A DNA stretch of 54,113 nucleotides, filler included, from Circinaria calcarea (lineage: Eukaryota): the NCBI GenBank assembly GCA_051942165.1. It is 3 parts of 3 records of this genome, joined end to end, with 100 filler letters (N's around TTAATTAATTAA, not from the genome) between each part and the next. Parts side by side here need not be neighbours in the genome. Positions count along the whole stretch, not along the records: positions 1 to 17,982 come from JAVECS010000246.1; 2 more parts are not named here. One strand, given 5' to 3'. The notes beneath the pieces are model-generated. The model did not search any database. It saw nothing but the letters and a program-made list of their open reading frames with translations, and was not told where the DNA came from. The position numbers were made by a program, and so were the translations under genes. Of the stretch, positions 1-12,489 are shown piece by piece (the first letter of the stretch is position 1; the number at the start of each line of letters is the position of its first letter).

Positions 1-2
1 AG

Positions 3-350
3 GCTTGCAAGCACTACGAGTGTTTTGACCTCAGCACCTTCCTCCAGACCCGCGAGGGGCCAGTGTGCCGGCCCGAGCAATTCAGATGCCCTATCTGCGG
101 GGCTGACGCTCGTCCTCAAACTTTGATAGTGGACCAGTGGATGCTTTCTGTGCTGACTGAGGTGAGGGTGATGAGACGCTTCGATGCGAAAGCCATTGCC
201 GTGGATGACAAGGCCGACTGGGTCATCAAAGTGGAGGAAGCGGACGGAGATGGCAGTAGACATCTTCTCAAAGGGACTGCACACGGGGCTGCAGGGTGTG
301 CAGGGAGAGGTTCTGTCATCCGAGAACCACAGGTCATCGAACTCGATTAG
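3..350 (+). CDS. 3' end of an SP-RING (zf-MIZ) zinc-finger protein, truncated by the window start
   Basis: The frame is open from position 3: ACKHYECFDLSTFLQTREGPVCRPEQFRCPICGADARP...LIVDQW. This matches the SP-RING pattern C-x-H-x2-C-F-D...C-P-I-C. The C-terminal VIELD resembles a SUMO-interacting motif. Confidence 0.8.
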   Translation, partial: ACKHYECFDLSTFLQTREGPVCRPEQFRCPICGADARPQTLIVDQWMLSVLTEVRVMRRFDAKAIAVDDKADWVIKVEEADGDGSRHLLKGTAHGAAGCAGRGSVIREPQVIELD

Positions 351-839
351 CAATGTTTGTGCTTCATCTCCATCTAGCTTTGTTCCTCTATGATACCCTC
401 TCAGGCGACCTTAATGAATGAAAGCCCGCTGTATGCTCTCTCCTTGTCCATTAATATCTATAATGGATTGTAGTATTTTCGGATCACAAAAGGTCATTAG
501 GGAGAAGTCAACGTGGAAAGTCGGGAGTAGAAAGGGATGATTCTGTCTTAGAATAATACGAATTACTAACGGGAAACCCCTGTCCTTCATACTTATCTAC
601 CTATATGGCTTTCTATCTGTGAATGTGTATTTTATCATTATTCATATTTACCAGCGTCTACTTTGGGGATCTGTTTCCCCGGGTTTGCGGTGTGCAACGC
701 TTGTACGGCTGGGAAATCAGGGAACGGGAGGTGTGTCCGTATATATTCTCTTGACCCAGTCTTGCCATCTAGGTATGGATTTGGGTAGTAATCAAACACT
801 GAACTTTTATTCCGTGTGTTTAATAATACACATAGGCCC

Positions 840-1440
840 TAGGTTGTTCTTTCGTCCTCGAACAAGTACCCCTGGCAGCCCTCTGCGGTTTAGTACAGGT
901 AGGTTTCCAATCCATGAAGAAGTCTCAGCATCAGGCTATAGGTCGATCTGGCCGATTGTCAATAAGAGGCTAGAGAGTCAGTTAGTTGTTCATAAGTTTG
1001 ATGTCCGATGCTACAGCCTTGAGAATGTTGTGAGAGGCTCTGTTCTCCGGGAGGGTTTTAAAAAGGTCGGAGTCAACGAGAAGCGCAACCCCAGCTATTT
1101 TGCCGGGTCTTTGGGCGGACATTAGCCTGTGAGACTGGAGACTGGAGCCTTGTCCCTTACGTGGACACATCTGATAGTACATGCCAAGATAACTTACACA
1201 GTCTGATAGCCCGCTCGCAAGCGTATGTTGGCCTGCTCCATGTGCCGTTTGAGTGTGAGTACCACCACGTGCTGAGTATGGATTGGTCTAGATGAGACGC
1301 ATTCATACCTGAAGTCTTCACCGGCTTTTGCTAAACTCTGCTGTGCCTTGTGCCGTGTCAGGCTGAGAAATTGCTCTGCTCCATGACACGTCAGTCTCAA
1401 TAGGAGTTGTTGAATGTGGTTGTGTAACATTGGGACTCAT
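840..1440 (-). pseudogene. Possible decayed multi-exon gene relic of unknown family
   Basis: ATG at 1440 gives MSPNVTQPHSTTPIETDVSW...KSR*RLQ, followed by GTATGA and GTAAGT donor-like sites. Downstream protein-like frames are interrupted by TGA/TAA stops. No family was recognised. Confidence 0.25.
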
Positions 1441-2211
1441 TAGTGGTTAATATGTGGTCTTGCTATTCTAGTCTTTCTCCATTGTCCTTTATGACATGTA
1501 TATCGGATTCTGAAAGGGGCCAGTCCTTAATACTAAGATATTCTTGGAGAATGTACCTAACAGGGGTGGCGTGAACATCTCCGATGCGACATGATGTGCA
1601 TAGATCTACTGCATATACTCTGCTTTCACTAAGCTGATTTGCGCCATCCGATTACGAGCGTCTCAGCCTTCCAAGGGACCTATTGGAGTTTGCAACCATC
1701 TTTTACTCATTTGAAGTACCGCAGCCTTGTCCTTTGAAAACCAGTACATGTATCTGGTGTGGAATTTGGAACACCTTACAGTCAAAGTAATGCAAGTCGT
1801 GTCATCATGCTTGGGCAGCAATGCACCGAAGGTAGCATTCCAAATCACAGTTGCAGATTTTTTGTATAGGTGGAAAGGACTTTCGAATCTTATTCCAGGT
1901 TCCATGGAGTCGTGGTAGATGAACCGAGGATTGCATCACTGCCAGCATGATAGGTCTGTTCCATCGTTACACAGACGCTACCTACCGTCCTGGGCAAATC
2001 ACCCCCACCACTCCGAGCAATATGCGATGTCAGGGGCAGTGGCTCCGAATTTTGCTTCAAGCAGACGACCCTATTGCGGGAAGACGCGAGAAGGGTATCC
2101 AACGTGACTATCAGCCGTGAGAATGGAACCACCTAAGGACCCATAGAGATACTGTGAAAGATCTGGAGCTCCATATAGTCTCACGGAGTATGCACCACTC
2201 AAAATTCCATC

Positions 2212-2678
2212 ATGTCAACCTCATCCAACATTGATGGCTGTACCCAGCGGACCGTAGGGTTTACCTCCGATCTGAACAATCTATTGTAGCTAGTCTTGGA
2301 CAGAAGCTAACATTTCCAGAGTACCGACCTCCAATCGCTAGATGCGCGAAGTATACGAAGCAACAGTTGTATCCCGTATAAAGGCAACAAACAAGTGAGC
2401 AAGGCTGGTTTCGTGTGATGCAAGTGCAAAACTAATATGATTTGGAGTAGAAGGAAACCGTGTACGAGGATAACGTGTACGACAAAGGAGAAGAGGTGAC
2501 CCGCACCGACGAGGTCGACTCCCAGGGGAGGCCGTTGAATCGTCGCTATCGCATCTGCTGTTTTCGATGGAGTAAGGAACTGAAACAATTCGAGTATAGA
2601 TTCAAAGTATCGAGCGAGGATAAAAATGGGGAGTGGGTGCCAGAGAAAAAGGTGAGGAAGCTGCCGCCAGTTGAGTAA
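2212..2678 (+). CDS. Small 3-exon hypothetical protein (~114 aa) with a beta-rich, SH3/Tudor-like C-terminal domain
   Basis: Exons 2212-2253, 2320-2394 and 2451-2678 splice in frame (phase 0). Introns are GTAGGG..GCTAAC..CAG and GTGAGC..ACTAAT..TAG. C-terminus: VYDKGEEVTR...RYRICCFRWSKELKQFEYRFKV...GEWVPEKKVRK. Confidence 0.6.
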
Positions 2679-3462
2679 TAGGAGGATTAAGGGCATCATT
2701 TGATTTACAAAGATTGATTTTAAAGTCGTTACACTATTATACATTTGAGGGCCAAATACACCGATGTAATGCTTGTCATAAATAAAGGAGCCCGCACCTA
2801 ACCTTATTTCTGGGGCAAGTTCTTCAGCTCTTATTACCAATGCAGAGTATTGGCGATGCAAACAAATCTGATCTTTTTAAATAGGTCTCGTAGAAAGTGC
2901 CATAATCCAATAAGCTGGCTATCAATATACGGCTATTACCAAGTGCCCAACAGCATCATTCAATAACCGTTGAACTCTCAATGCGGCTCTGTAATCTTCT
3001 TTGAATATAAAGCGGACATGAAGCAGGATGTGATCAGGCTAGCGCAATACTTACAGAAGGGATGACACGTTCAACATTCTTTTTATTTGCTTGGGTGCTG
3101 TGCCATTGGGGCGTATGCAGTTGAGATAAAAGACCAATTGCAGTCGGGTTCAGGGCACCATACGTGCATAGTCCTCCACGCAGCTCATGACATGTAATCA
3201 TAAATGGCGCAAGAAGGCACAGCGCATGTGTAGATCGTGAGATCTTGAACAGAACAGCATTTATGGTATTCGTACGAATAATCTTCCCTCTTCTATGTTA
3301 CACAAACGTCGGCTGGCTTCCTCCTGCACGGAATGCTACATACCATGTTCTACTCTGCCTCACCGTTGCCGGTGGAAAGCCTTTCTTTCAATCTTTCGGA
3401 AAAGCATGCTATAATGCCCAATATACGTCTACGTCTCTGCAACCAAAGAGAAGTAGATTATA

Positions 3463-4875
3463 ATGGCCGACGTTGAAGCGCAAGGCTCTGGAACTGGAGA
3501 AGGAGCGGCAGACCCCATACCGCAAAAGGCCGGTGATCGAGATTTAAGCGGAAGAAAGGCTCTTTCTTCCTCGATTTCTGCGAGCAACAACGATGTCAAT
3601 TCAACCTTTTCGAACCCTGTCTCGTTAGATGACGGAAGTAGTGACCCAAGTAAGCTGCACTGACCAGAAATTAAACGCTTCTATTCAAGCTCATAGCCTT
3701 TGGAAAGGTATCTGCAGCAGGAAACTTCGCAACTGGCTCAGCAAGGTATTACATATAGGGAATCGATCCTCCAATATATCTTACAGTCACAGATTGAATC
3801 CCATAATTCGATCATGTAAGTGGGAAGATTTAGCAATCCAGTCTCTAAGGAGATGAGTGGCGAGCATCTATCTGACCATCACTACACAGTGGACGAATAC
3901 CTTCCAGGTTATGGCAAACTTGCAGCCATTGAGGACTGTGATCCAAATTTTCTCATTTACCGCAAATTCGGCTGGTTACACAACCGCGTGCTTCTTCATT
4001 ATCAGGATGAGCTTGCCGAGTATGAAGAGCAGCTAGAGGATATCGACAGATTCGACAGATAGCATAATCCTAGAAATCTAATTTCCAGACGACGCGATGA
4101 TGCTGTGGAGGGCTCAAGGCGCAGAGAACTACTGAGCGAAGTTGAGAAGAAGCTTGCAGCATACGGTATGGTCTATACAGTTCAGTTCATTATATGTTTA
4201 CTGACTAATTATTTTTATAGATGATTTGCTTCTGCGACATTAGCAGCTTTAGTCGATTAAACGACCAACACGGAGGAATCAGAACAGTCTTTATAATGCA
4301 ATTCACAACACGCGGTCCATTGTTACGTCGGAAGCGGACTGGATTGGGCTTTATGACGATCTCGCCGCGCTAGCCCATGGTCCGGAGGACGGATGGTTCA
4401 ATGGATTTTTGGAAGATATTTCCAGGAAAACCTCAAGGACTTTGACAACAGTAGGCCATTAGATATCTTATGCACGCTTTGCTTTCACATGATCAACGCG
4501 AGTCTAATAAGTATTTAGTACATCTTCCGTTCTAAGGAACAAAGTATTAGGTCCGGCAACGAGACTATAGATCTTCTTTCACATCGCTGATTCAATTGTT
4601 TAATCAACGTAATCCTAACTGTACTCGCAACCGTACTTTTACTAATCCCCGTGTTCATACTCTATGAAATACAGAATACCGGCTTACATCAAATCCTTGT
4701 TATTTTTGCCTTCACGCTGACTTTTTCGGCCTGCTGTTCGGTCTTCACAAAGGCCCAGAGACAAGAGGTCTTTACGGCTACCGCAGCTTACTGCGCAGTC
4801 CTAGTTGTCTTTCTAGGCAATACACAGAGTTAGGGCTATAGTGCAACCGCTGCACCTACTACTGTTCACAGCTGA
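3463..4875 (+). pseudogene. DUF6594-like membrane protein pseudogene
   Basis: LPGYGKLAAIEDCDPNFLIYRKFGWLHNRVLLHYQDELAEYEEQL and three C-terminal hydrophobic segments ending EVFTATAAYCAVLVVFLGN are typical of DUF6594. In-frame stops at 4060, 4241, 4250, 4588 and probably 4831. Introns ~4166-4220 and 4451-4518. Confidence 0.8.
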
Positions 4876-6085
4876 TATCGGCCCTTATATGATGCGCGTA
4901 TTATGTGATGGCTTTGCTAGCCCGTTGCACGCATTTTTCCTTTCTTGCTGAGTACTTTCCAAATTTCTTAGGAGAGGTACATATAGAATGAATTAATCAA
5001 TAATATTTATGGATTGAAACGTCTGCCGAAAGTCTTATCGGTATACAGCTGGGAACACCCTTTTACCATTGAATGCTATATCGTCGACACTATGCCTTCC
5101 TGCTCAATTGGAACTTTGGCGCCAAGGATCCGTTAGCACGCATGACAGCATTCAAGTACAAGCTGGCCCCACAATCACCTTATTGTATAAACCATCACAA
5201 TCTAACTAGACTATCACAATACGTCTATATCTCGGTTAAGCAATGGCTGCCTTCTCCAGTCGCCACAGGATTGGGAAAGTCCCCGGGCTCTTCCTAGTGC
5301 GTGTTTTTCCCTTTCCATAGTCAAGTATCTATTGGCTACGTTCTAATAAACGGTACCGCAAATCTCATGTGACCGCGTTCGCCTTGCCAACCCGAATTTG
5401 GCGCTAAAGGGCTTTCTGCCCACGCTAGTCTCCTACAATACCCCCGTTCGCCTACCTTCTCTTCCAACCCTTCTTCATACCCATCCACACCCACAGCTCC
5501 TTACCGTCGGTCTCGAGCTCTTACTTTGTAGCAACTCTCCCGGATGTTCCATCAAACGGCAACATCTTGATGAAACCCCGGCTGACTGAGATGCCCTCTG
5601 CGGTGCCTTCTGATGATGACGCTGCCGTTGGCTGAGATTGCCCTGATACGTCCAACAACACGGCCCGATTTTTTGGGAGAAAACCCAACCTTCTACCGCT
5701 TAGCTGGGCTATTACTTCTTCGGAAGATCCCGCGTTGGGCTCCTCCTTCTTGTCTGACCTTGTTGCAAAACCAGGGCAATGGTTTTTTTTTGGTCATGCC
5801 GTCCACATTCAAGGACAGATACTATTATCCGGTGGAGACCGGTCCCCAGGGGGGTCGGTTCCCGTAAGTCCTACTCGTGAAACGGAGGATAAGTGCTGCG
5901 TGCGGTCCTGCGTAATGCCAGTGAATTTTCTGGAAAAAACCCCCTCATGTGCTTTGCACAGTTTGGTGCCGGGGGTTGGTGTGGGCGTTGCACGGTGAAC
6001 GTGATGGGTGTAAATTCCCCCCAATTCTTGGGGGGGGGGAGATTACTGACGGGTAAGGGGGTTTAGCTTCGAATAGCTCCTCACA

Positions 6086-6720
6086 CTTCAGTCTCAGTCT
6101 CAGTCTCAGCGGGGCAAAAGGAAAAAAAGGGGGCCGGGTCAAACAGGGTGTAGTTTTGGGAAAGAAAAGAAAAAGAAAGAAAGAGAGGGAAGAAAGAACT
6201 GGACACCCGAACCTCTTTCCTGGCTGATTCTCCCCCCTCCCCCCTCACCAAAAAATAAATAAATAAAGGGTGGAAAGTCCCATCTGCCACGGAGCCAGTA
6301 CCCCTCCTCCACTCTAACCCCCCTCACTTCCTTTACCTTACCCTTCACGCTTCACGACTCTTTCATCTTTTCAGAAATCAAACGGAGATGTCAAACTCTC
6401 TCATGGCCCCGGGGCCCGGGAGTGAAAGGGTTCGCCACACGCGATATCCAAGCTTTGTTTGAAATCCCCCTTTTCCCCTTTTTCGAAAACTTCTCCCTGT
6501 ACGACGCAACCAAGGTCTTTAGGTAGATGGTAGATGGTAGACGCTAATCTAGGCCCCCGGGTCCATGCAAGTAATGCGAGGTGGTGAAAATTTGGGGGGG
6601 GGGGGGGTGTTGTGGTAGATACTAGTCTACTGGTCTCTGAAGAGCGGATACGGAGACATTGCATATGGATTTTACGTGGGAGAAAAAGTTTAGGGGGATG
6701 GGATGGGATGGGATGGGAGG
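6086..6720. repeat. Low-complexity intergenic tract with short microsatellites and homopolymers
   Basis: (CTCAGT)x~3 at ~6088-6109, an A/G-rich run at 6160-6198, poly-G at 6594-6608 and (GGGAT)x4 at ~6695-6714. Confidence 0.6.
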
Positions 6721-6951
6721 GGAGCCAAAGGAGAAAGAGATGACCATAGCCAGAAGGGGGATTTAAAGAAACACTAAAAAGATTCCCAGTTTCAAGTAGT
6801 AAACCTAAACCTAAACCGACCCGCACTTCCAGACCCTTTTGCACTTTGGTGCCCCCTTTGCATAAAATCTACCCCCGCTTCCTCCATCGCAAAAAGATCA
6901 CTCCCCCCCTCTACCCTCTCCGTTTTCGCCCTCCTCAACACCCTCTCCTCT

Positions 6952-8851
6952 CTACTTCCTCACCCTCACCCTCCGCGCATGTCTCACCAAACTCTCAATC
7001 ACGCCCTCAAACGCCTCGCGCTCCCCCACCGCGGCATCCTTCCTCCGCAGCCAATACTCGAGCACCTGCCCCGCTCTCGCCGTCACATCCTCCAACCGTT
7101 GCACATGCGCCGTCAACTCCTCGTTCGAGAGCCCCAAAAGCGCAGTGTCGGTCATGGTGCACAGAGTCCGTAGCTCCGAGAAGTCGAGTTCCGGGGGCGG
7201 AGGTGGACCTTTTCGTTTCCTCTGCGTGGTAGAGGAGGAGGGTTTGGTGGGGTTGGTAGGATCGGAGGGTTTAGGACGGGTGGGCGAGGGTTTTCGTGCT
7301 GGTGGTTGCTCTTGCTCTGGCGGTAGCGATGCGGTCGAGGGCGTGAAGGGGAGGATGAGCTTTTTTTGTTTGGAAGCTGGGAGGATCTCGTCAAGGTCGA
7401 CGGGGACGCCGAGGGAGACGAGGAAGAGGCGGCGGATGCGGGACCGGACCCAGTTTGGAGGCTGAAGAGGGGGGGGAGCGATGAGTTGGGTCCAGAGGGA
7501 GAGGCTGCGGTCTGTGAGGAGGGGAGGTGGAGGGTCAGTGGGTGGTTGAGGAGGGGGTTTGTTGGCGGTGCTGGGAAAGAGGGCGGAAAGGTGAGGGGAT
7601 GTGGCGGCGAGAATGTCGTCTAGAGTAGTGAGAGTGGAAAAGTCGATTAGGGGCTACGAATGGGATCAGCGATATTCGGTGAAGCATGAAGTTGAACACT
7701 GCATCTAGACTGGTATACATGTATTCAGCGGTGCTACTTACAAATTGAGACTCTGTAGAAGGTATAGGCTTTTGTGTGGGCAGCGACTGTGGCTCTGGTT
7801 CTGACTTTTCTTCGGGCTGTTGAAACCCGTCATCAAAATCGCCAAAGTCATCATCAGCTGGCGCGCCCTCCTCAAACTCGTCAAACTCATCTCCAAAGCC
7901 ATCGTTGCCTTCATCCTGCTCATCCTCCGGCTTATCCTTCGGCTCATCAACATCATCGTTTTCATCATACTCCATAGGACCGAATCCTCCATCCGCTGCT
8001 ATCGGAGAAGCCCCTTCTATCAAAGACCTCCGTCCGGAATTACCGAAATACGAGGATCTATTCAAAGAAGAAGTTGGCCAACCTGACTCGGTCAATCGCT
8101 CGCTGGACGGTATCCAGCAGCATGGAAAAACTTACCAGGTACATCACCTTTCTCTTCCATAACGTCAGGTACTGCGTCCATTGTACGCTTGTTATAAGCA
8201 GCTGTATGAGGTACTTCCCCATGTCTTGGCTCCCCGTCTACCTTGGTGACTATAGTGGTTGGTATGGGTACACTGTCTCGTTCACTCGCATTCTGGGTAT
8301 TGCTTGACGATGCCTTTCCAGGTGGTGCAGCTTGTAATTTAACCTTAGGGACCGCATCTGCCGATTGAGGTTCTCGAGCAGCAGTTTGTGACATGTCGTC
8401 CTGAATTGATGTGCCATCAACCTTTTCAATTACCATTTTAGGAATTGGCCTTCCTCCCGGACTCCGAGGTCTGGGTGGTCGCTCTTCACTTGCTCGACCG
8501 GGACATCTGATAGCTCCGATTTCGGGAATAACCGCTATTTCGTCTGGTTCTGCGTCTTCCGTTCTCAATTGGTAAGCAGCGGTGCCGGGGACTTGACCAT
8601 GGCTTGGCTCGTCGTCTACTTTTTCTACCCGGGTTCTCGGTATAGGGGAACTAGGAGCAGATCTATAAGGGTTGTCGTCACGTGCGTCTGAGAAGATGTC
8701 TTCCTCATCGGATTCTATGCAACTCGTTAGCATCGAGTCAAGTCCCACTTCCGGACGGCATACCTAGTCCACGAGCACCTGGGTCTTCAAGCTCAACGCT
8801 CTTTCGTGGAGGTAGCAATGTTGGACTTTTTGGAGGCTGATAGTCGGCCAT
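6952..8851 (-). CDS. DUF5102 / Laa2-like AP-1 accessory protein (multi-exon)
   Basis: ATG at 8851 (MADYQPPKSPTLLPPRKSVELEDPGA). Acidic FGDEF and DDFGDF motifs (gamma-adaptin ear-binding type). Conserved block LWTQLIAPPPLQPPNWVRSRIRRLFLVSLGVPVDLDEILPASKQKKL. C-terminal AGQVLEYWLRRKDAAVGEREAFEGVIESLVRHARR. Confidence 0.8.
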
Positions 8852-9301
8852 TGCTGGTCTAAAGAGGATTGATACAAATGTTGAAAAAACTGTAGTCTAT
8901 AAAGATCGAAAGTGATATATGGTACTTAAACGGAAGGAAGTAGGACCGAGCTTCACCCTCCTGCTCGATGAGAACGAGCAGGGACCATTCGACACTAGCG
9001 TGGATCGCGTTTAACCGCGCTGAAAGCCGGACAAAGATATCTCATAATTGTGTGGTATGGGGTTGGGTAATCCACATACGTGTGTATGAATTGAGATACC
9101 AGGACCAACTGAGAAGAACTTCTACAAGGACGCACCAAGATCCCGCACAAGTCCGGATGAATCACTTCGTCTGACCTTGACCCCGTGCAACGGTAGGTTC
9201 CTATCCTATAGGATCCTCCACGCTGCAGAGCTTTATATGATGTATAAATTGACAAAAACACAGCGAAACTTGTAACGGTTGCACCCTGTCTACTTTTCAT
9301 C

Positions 9302-11693
9302 ATGTCGGATCCGCCCAAGACCACACCTACCTTCTCCTTCGGGGCACCTGCTACCAGTGGAGGCTCTGGCCTCTTTGGTCAGCCAGTCTCAAGCAGTAAT
9401 AAACCTACAAGCAATATCTTCGGTACAGGCGCCGCTCCAAACAACACTCAAACCAGCAATATATTTGGTGGTGCTAATACACCTGCCACCACTTCGTCCT
9501 CAAGTCCGTTTACGGGGTTCGCGACCAGCTCCGGTGCCTCACAACCATCGCTGTTTGGCTCTACTGCAAATCCGGGACCACCTTCTTCGCTCTTTGGTAG
9601 CATACCGTCGACCGGTGGAAATACTTTTGGAGGAACAAGTAATAGCAGTAATAACAATAACGCTTTTGGAGGATTTGCGACACCAAACAAGCCGTCTGAT
9701 GGCTCGGGACAAACTCAAACCTCTAACCTGTTTGGAGGGGGGAGCAATGCAGGTGGTAGTAGTCTCTTTGGCAATGCAGCGTCTGCTGCGGTTACGTTCA
9801 GTCAGCCTGGGAGCACAACACCGGCAGCAAGTAAGCCAGATGGTGGCTGGTCCTTTGGAAGCATATCAACAACCCCAGCAGGACCACCTCCCACTGGAGG
9901 TACTGATACAGCCGCCGCTGGAGCGGGCTTCAGCTTTAAGCCTCAGGAGAAAACTTCTAACTTATTTGGTGCTACCACCGCTGCACAAAGCTCTGCACCG
10001 ACAACGACCTCAACCTCTGTAGCGTCTAATCCATTCGGGGGTACACCTAAACCTACTTTAGGGTTTTCGTTTGGGACCTCGAAGCCAGCTGAGTCCCCAG
10101 CGGCCGGTGCTACTGCACCATCATCATCCACGATTTTTGGCGGTCCTCAAAGTCAGCTTTTTGGCGGTGGTAACAACGACCTTAAGCCAACTGTGTCGTT
10201 GTTTAATAATGTCAACAAGGCACCAGATAACACTGGTCAACAGTCGCAAGGAGAGGCAGCGAAACCAGGCGGTCTATTTCCAAGCCTTAGCGCTCAGAAA
10301 CCTCTGTCAGCATCAACAACTCAATCTTCTGGTACTTCCCTATTTAGTACTGCTCCATCATCTTCCGGAGGGATAAAATCTCCTTTTAGTTTTCCTCCAC
10401 TATCCACTTCGCAGGAAAAAGCACCTAACAATGCGTCAACTTCATCTGGTGGCCAGAGCTCGTCAGCTTCTGCTACGGCTCCAGCAGCTTCGTCAGGTTC
10501 TGGCTCACTGACTGCCCCCGGTAGTAATCTGTTTACCATGAGTGGTGGATTGGGTTCCAATTCAAATACAAGCACGCCGACGTCTGCACCATCAACTACT
10601 GCTCCGTCTAAGCCTGCGTTCCCAAGCTTTCCTAACTTATCATCCTCTACTGCTACAACCAATTCCCCTTTCTCGGCCGTGAATCCATCAAAAGATACAG
10701 GATCCGCAAATTCTCAAAAACCGCCTACTACCTCGGCTCCGGCCTCAGCCCCTGCATCTTCAGCACCTCCTCTGACAAACTTATTTGGTGGTCCAGCCAA
10801 GCAGCCCGCAGGGACGACAACCAGTCAAACGACACCACAAGCCTCTAGTACAGGTACAGCAGACGATGCTTCAAAAGCGAATCCCAATCTTGGGACTTCG
10901 ACTAGTGGACCTCGCCCACCCGCCCAGTCGCGGCTAAAGAACAAGTCTATGGACGAAATTATCACTCGATGGGCCTCCGATCTCTCCAAATATCAAAAGG
11001 AGTTTCAGAAGCAGGCACAGAAAGTTGCTAATTGGGACCGGATGCTGGTGGAGAATAGCGACAAGATCCAGAAACTATATGGGAATACTCTCGAAGCTGA
11101 GCGAGCAACGGTGGAAGTCGAAAGGCAATTGACCGCCGTCGAGAACGATCAAGCAGAATTGGAGTATTGGCTCGATCATTATGAGCAGCAGGTAGATGAC
11201 ATGATATCCGCTCAAGTCGGTCCAGGTGACGCATTGCAAGGCCCAGATCAGGAGAGAGAACGGACGTCAGTAAACCTTGTTGATTCTAGGAAGCTTTTCT
11301 AATTTATGCGCTACAGTTACAAACTTGCGGAGAAGCTGTCTGACCGTCTCGATGAGATGGGTAAGGATCTGACCAGCATGATTGAGGAAATCAATGACGC
11401 CTCATCAAACCTCAGTAAGAATAGCAAGTCAGATGATCCGGTAAGTTCGAAGACTTGTTCTTTGATAGCTTCATCTATTGACAAGCGCTATCATTTAGCT
11501 ATCTCAGATCGTCCGGGTACTCAATGGCCATCTTTCCCAGTTACAGCAGATCGACCAAGGTGCGGCGGCTCTACAGGCCAAGGTTGCTGCCGCACAGAAA
11601 GCAGGCAAAAGCATTAGACCGGCAAACGGAGCGAATGGGTTAGGCGGTGATGCGGTTGATGACTTTTATCGTTCATACATGGGCCGGAGATAG
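9302..11693 (+). CDS. NSP1: FG-nucleoporin Nsp1/Nup62
   Basis: Long FG-repeat N-terminus followed by the Nsp1 C-terminal coiled coil (SRLKNKSMDEIITRWASDLSKYQKEFQKQAQKVANWDRMLVEN...DQERERT|YKLAEKL). Two 3' introns; stop TAG at 11691-11693. Confidence 0.95.
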
Positions 11694-11918
11694 ATGAAGC
11701 TGCATCGACGGCGCAGCGTGGTTCACGGGCATTTTCTAATACCACATACCGAATGTACAGCATTTGCCAAAGATGCTTTAGAATAAATAATGTACAAAAC
11801 GCACGAGTGCTTCTTGGTCATGATGATCCACTAGCACCGCGATTCTCTTGTGTGGCTTCAAATGTCAATCTGTTCCTCTCCATGCTTTTACTCCGCCCTC
11901 CTGACAATCCTATTTCTC

Positions 11919-12489
11919 TTAATTCTGCTCACCTCCCTGCTCTTTGGTAAGTTCTGAGCTGCAGGATAGCAAGTCAGCCATGCTATTCGGTCCACCTGTA
12001 AACACTCTAGACGGAGTTTTAGCAGGTACATACATGTGTTTGTCCAGCTCTTTGAGGTGCTTCTGCTGTTCCGCAATCTTCGCTTTTACCGCCAGCAACC
12101 TATGTAAGAATAGAGCGTCATTATCAGCTGGCAGATGACTCAGGCAGAGTTTGAGTAAATCCCCATGTGAAAGGGTAGCAGTAGAGTAAGCTAACACGTA
12201 CTTCTCTCTTTCCTTCTGCCTCACGAATAGATCCTCGCTCGCTTTCTCGCGCTTGCTAAAGCTATCACTATACGTGTACTGTCGTATCAGCATTCGTCTC
12301 TTGTCTCTATCGGTCATTGACTTCATGAGGAGGGCGGTAGTCCTACCCTTGAGCCATCCCTCCCGATCGAATAGCTCCAGTGTCCCCCTCACCCATGCGT
12401 GCTGCGGAAACGGATAATACTCGTTTGGGAGTCAGGGTGAAGCTGCGCAGAGCTGATTTGGAGGTGTTTTGGATGGTCTGGCGAATCAT
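11919..12489 (-). CDS. INH1: Mitochondrial F1Fo ATPase inhibitor (IF1/Inh1/Stf1 family)
   Basis: Arg/Ser-rich presequence MIRQTIQNTSKSALRSFTLTPKR, then GEGDTGAIRSGG..DSFSKREKASEDLFVRQKEREK|LLAVKAKIAEQQKHLKELDKH. Three short introns. Confidence 0.9.

Noticed and set aside
4060..4833. Multiple in-frame TAG codons as stop-codon reassignment or readthrough
   Set aside because: Housekeeping genes here (NSP1, 14-3-3, FRS1) terminate with TAG, and a TGA also interrupts this frame. C-to-T mutation explains all of them.
5398..6850. Several 60-150 aa ORFs in the low-complexity region
   Set aside because: They derive from homopolymer and microsatellite sequence, with no recognisable domain or consistent splice structure.
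9279..10662. Long alternative-frame and antisense ORFs overlapping NSP1 (similar ones overlap the AT-hook, S8 and YMR1 genes)
   Set aside because: Shadow ORFs expected from biased codon usage in the real genes.
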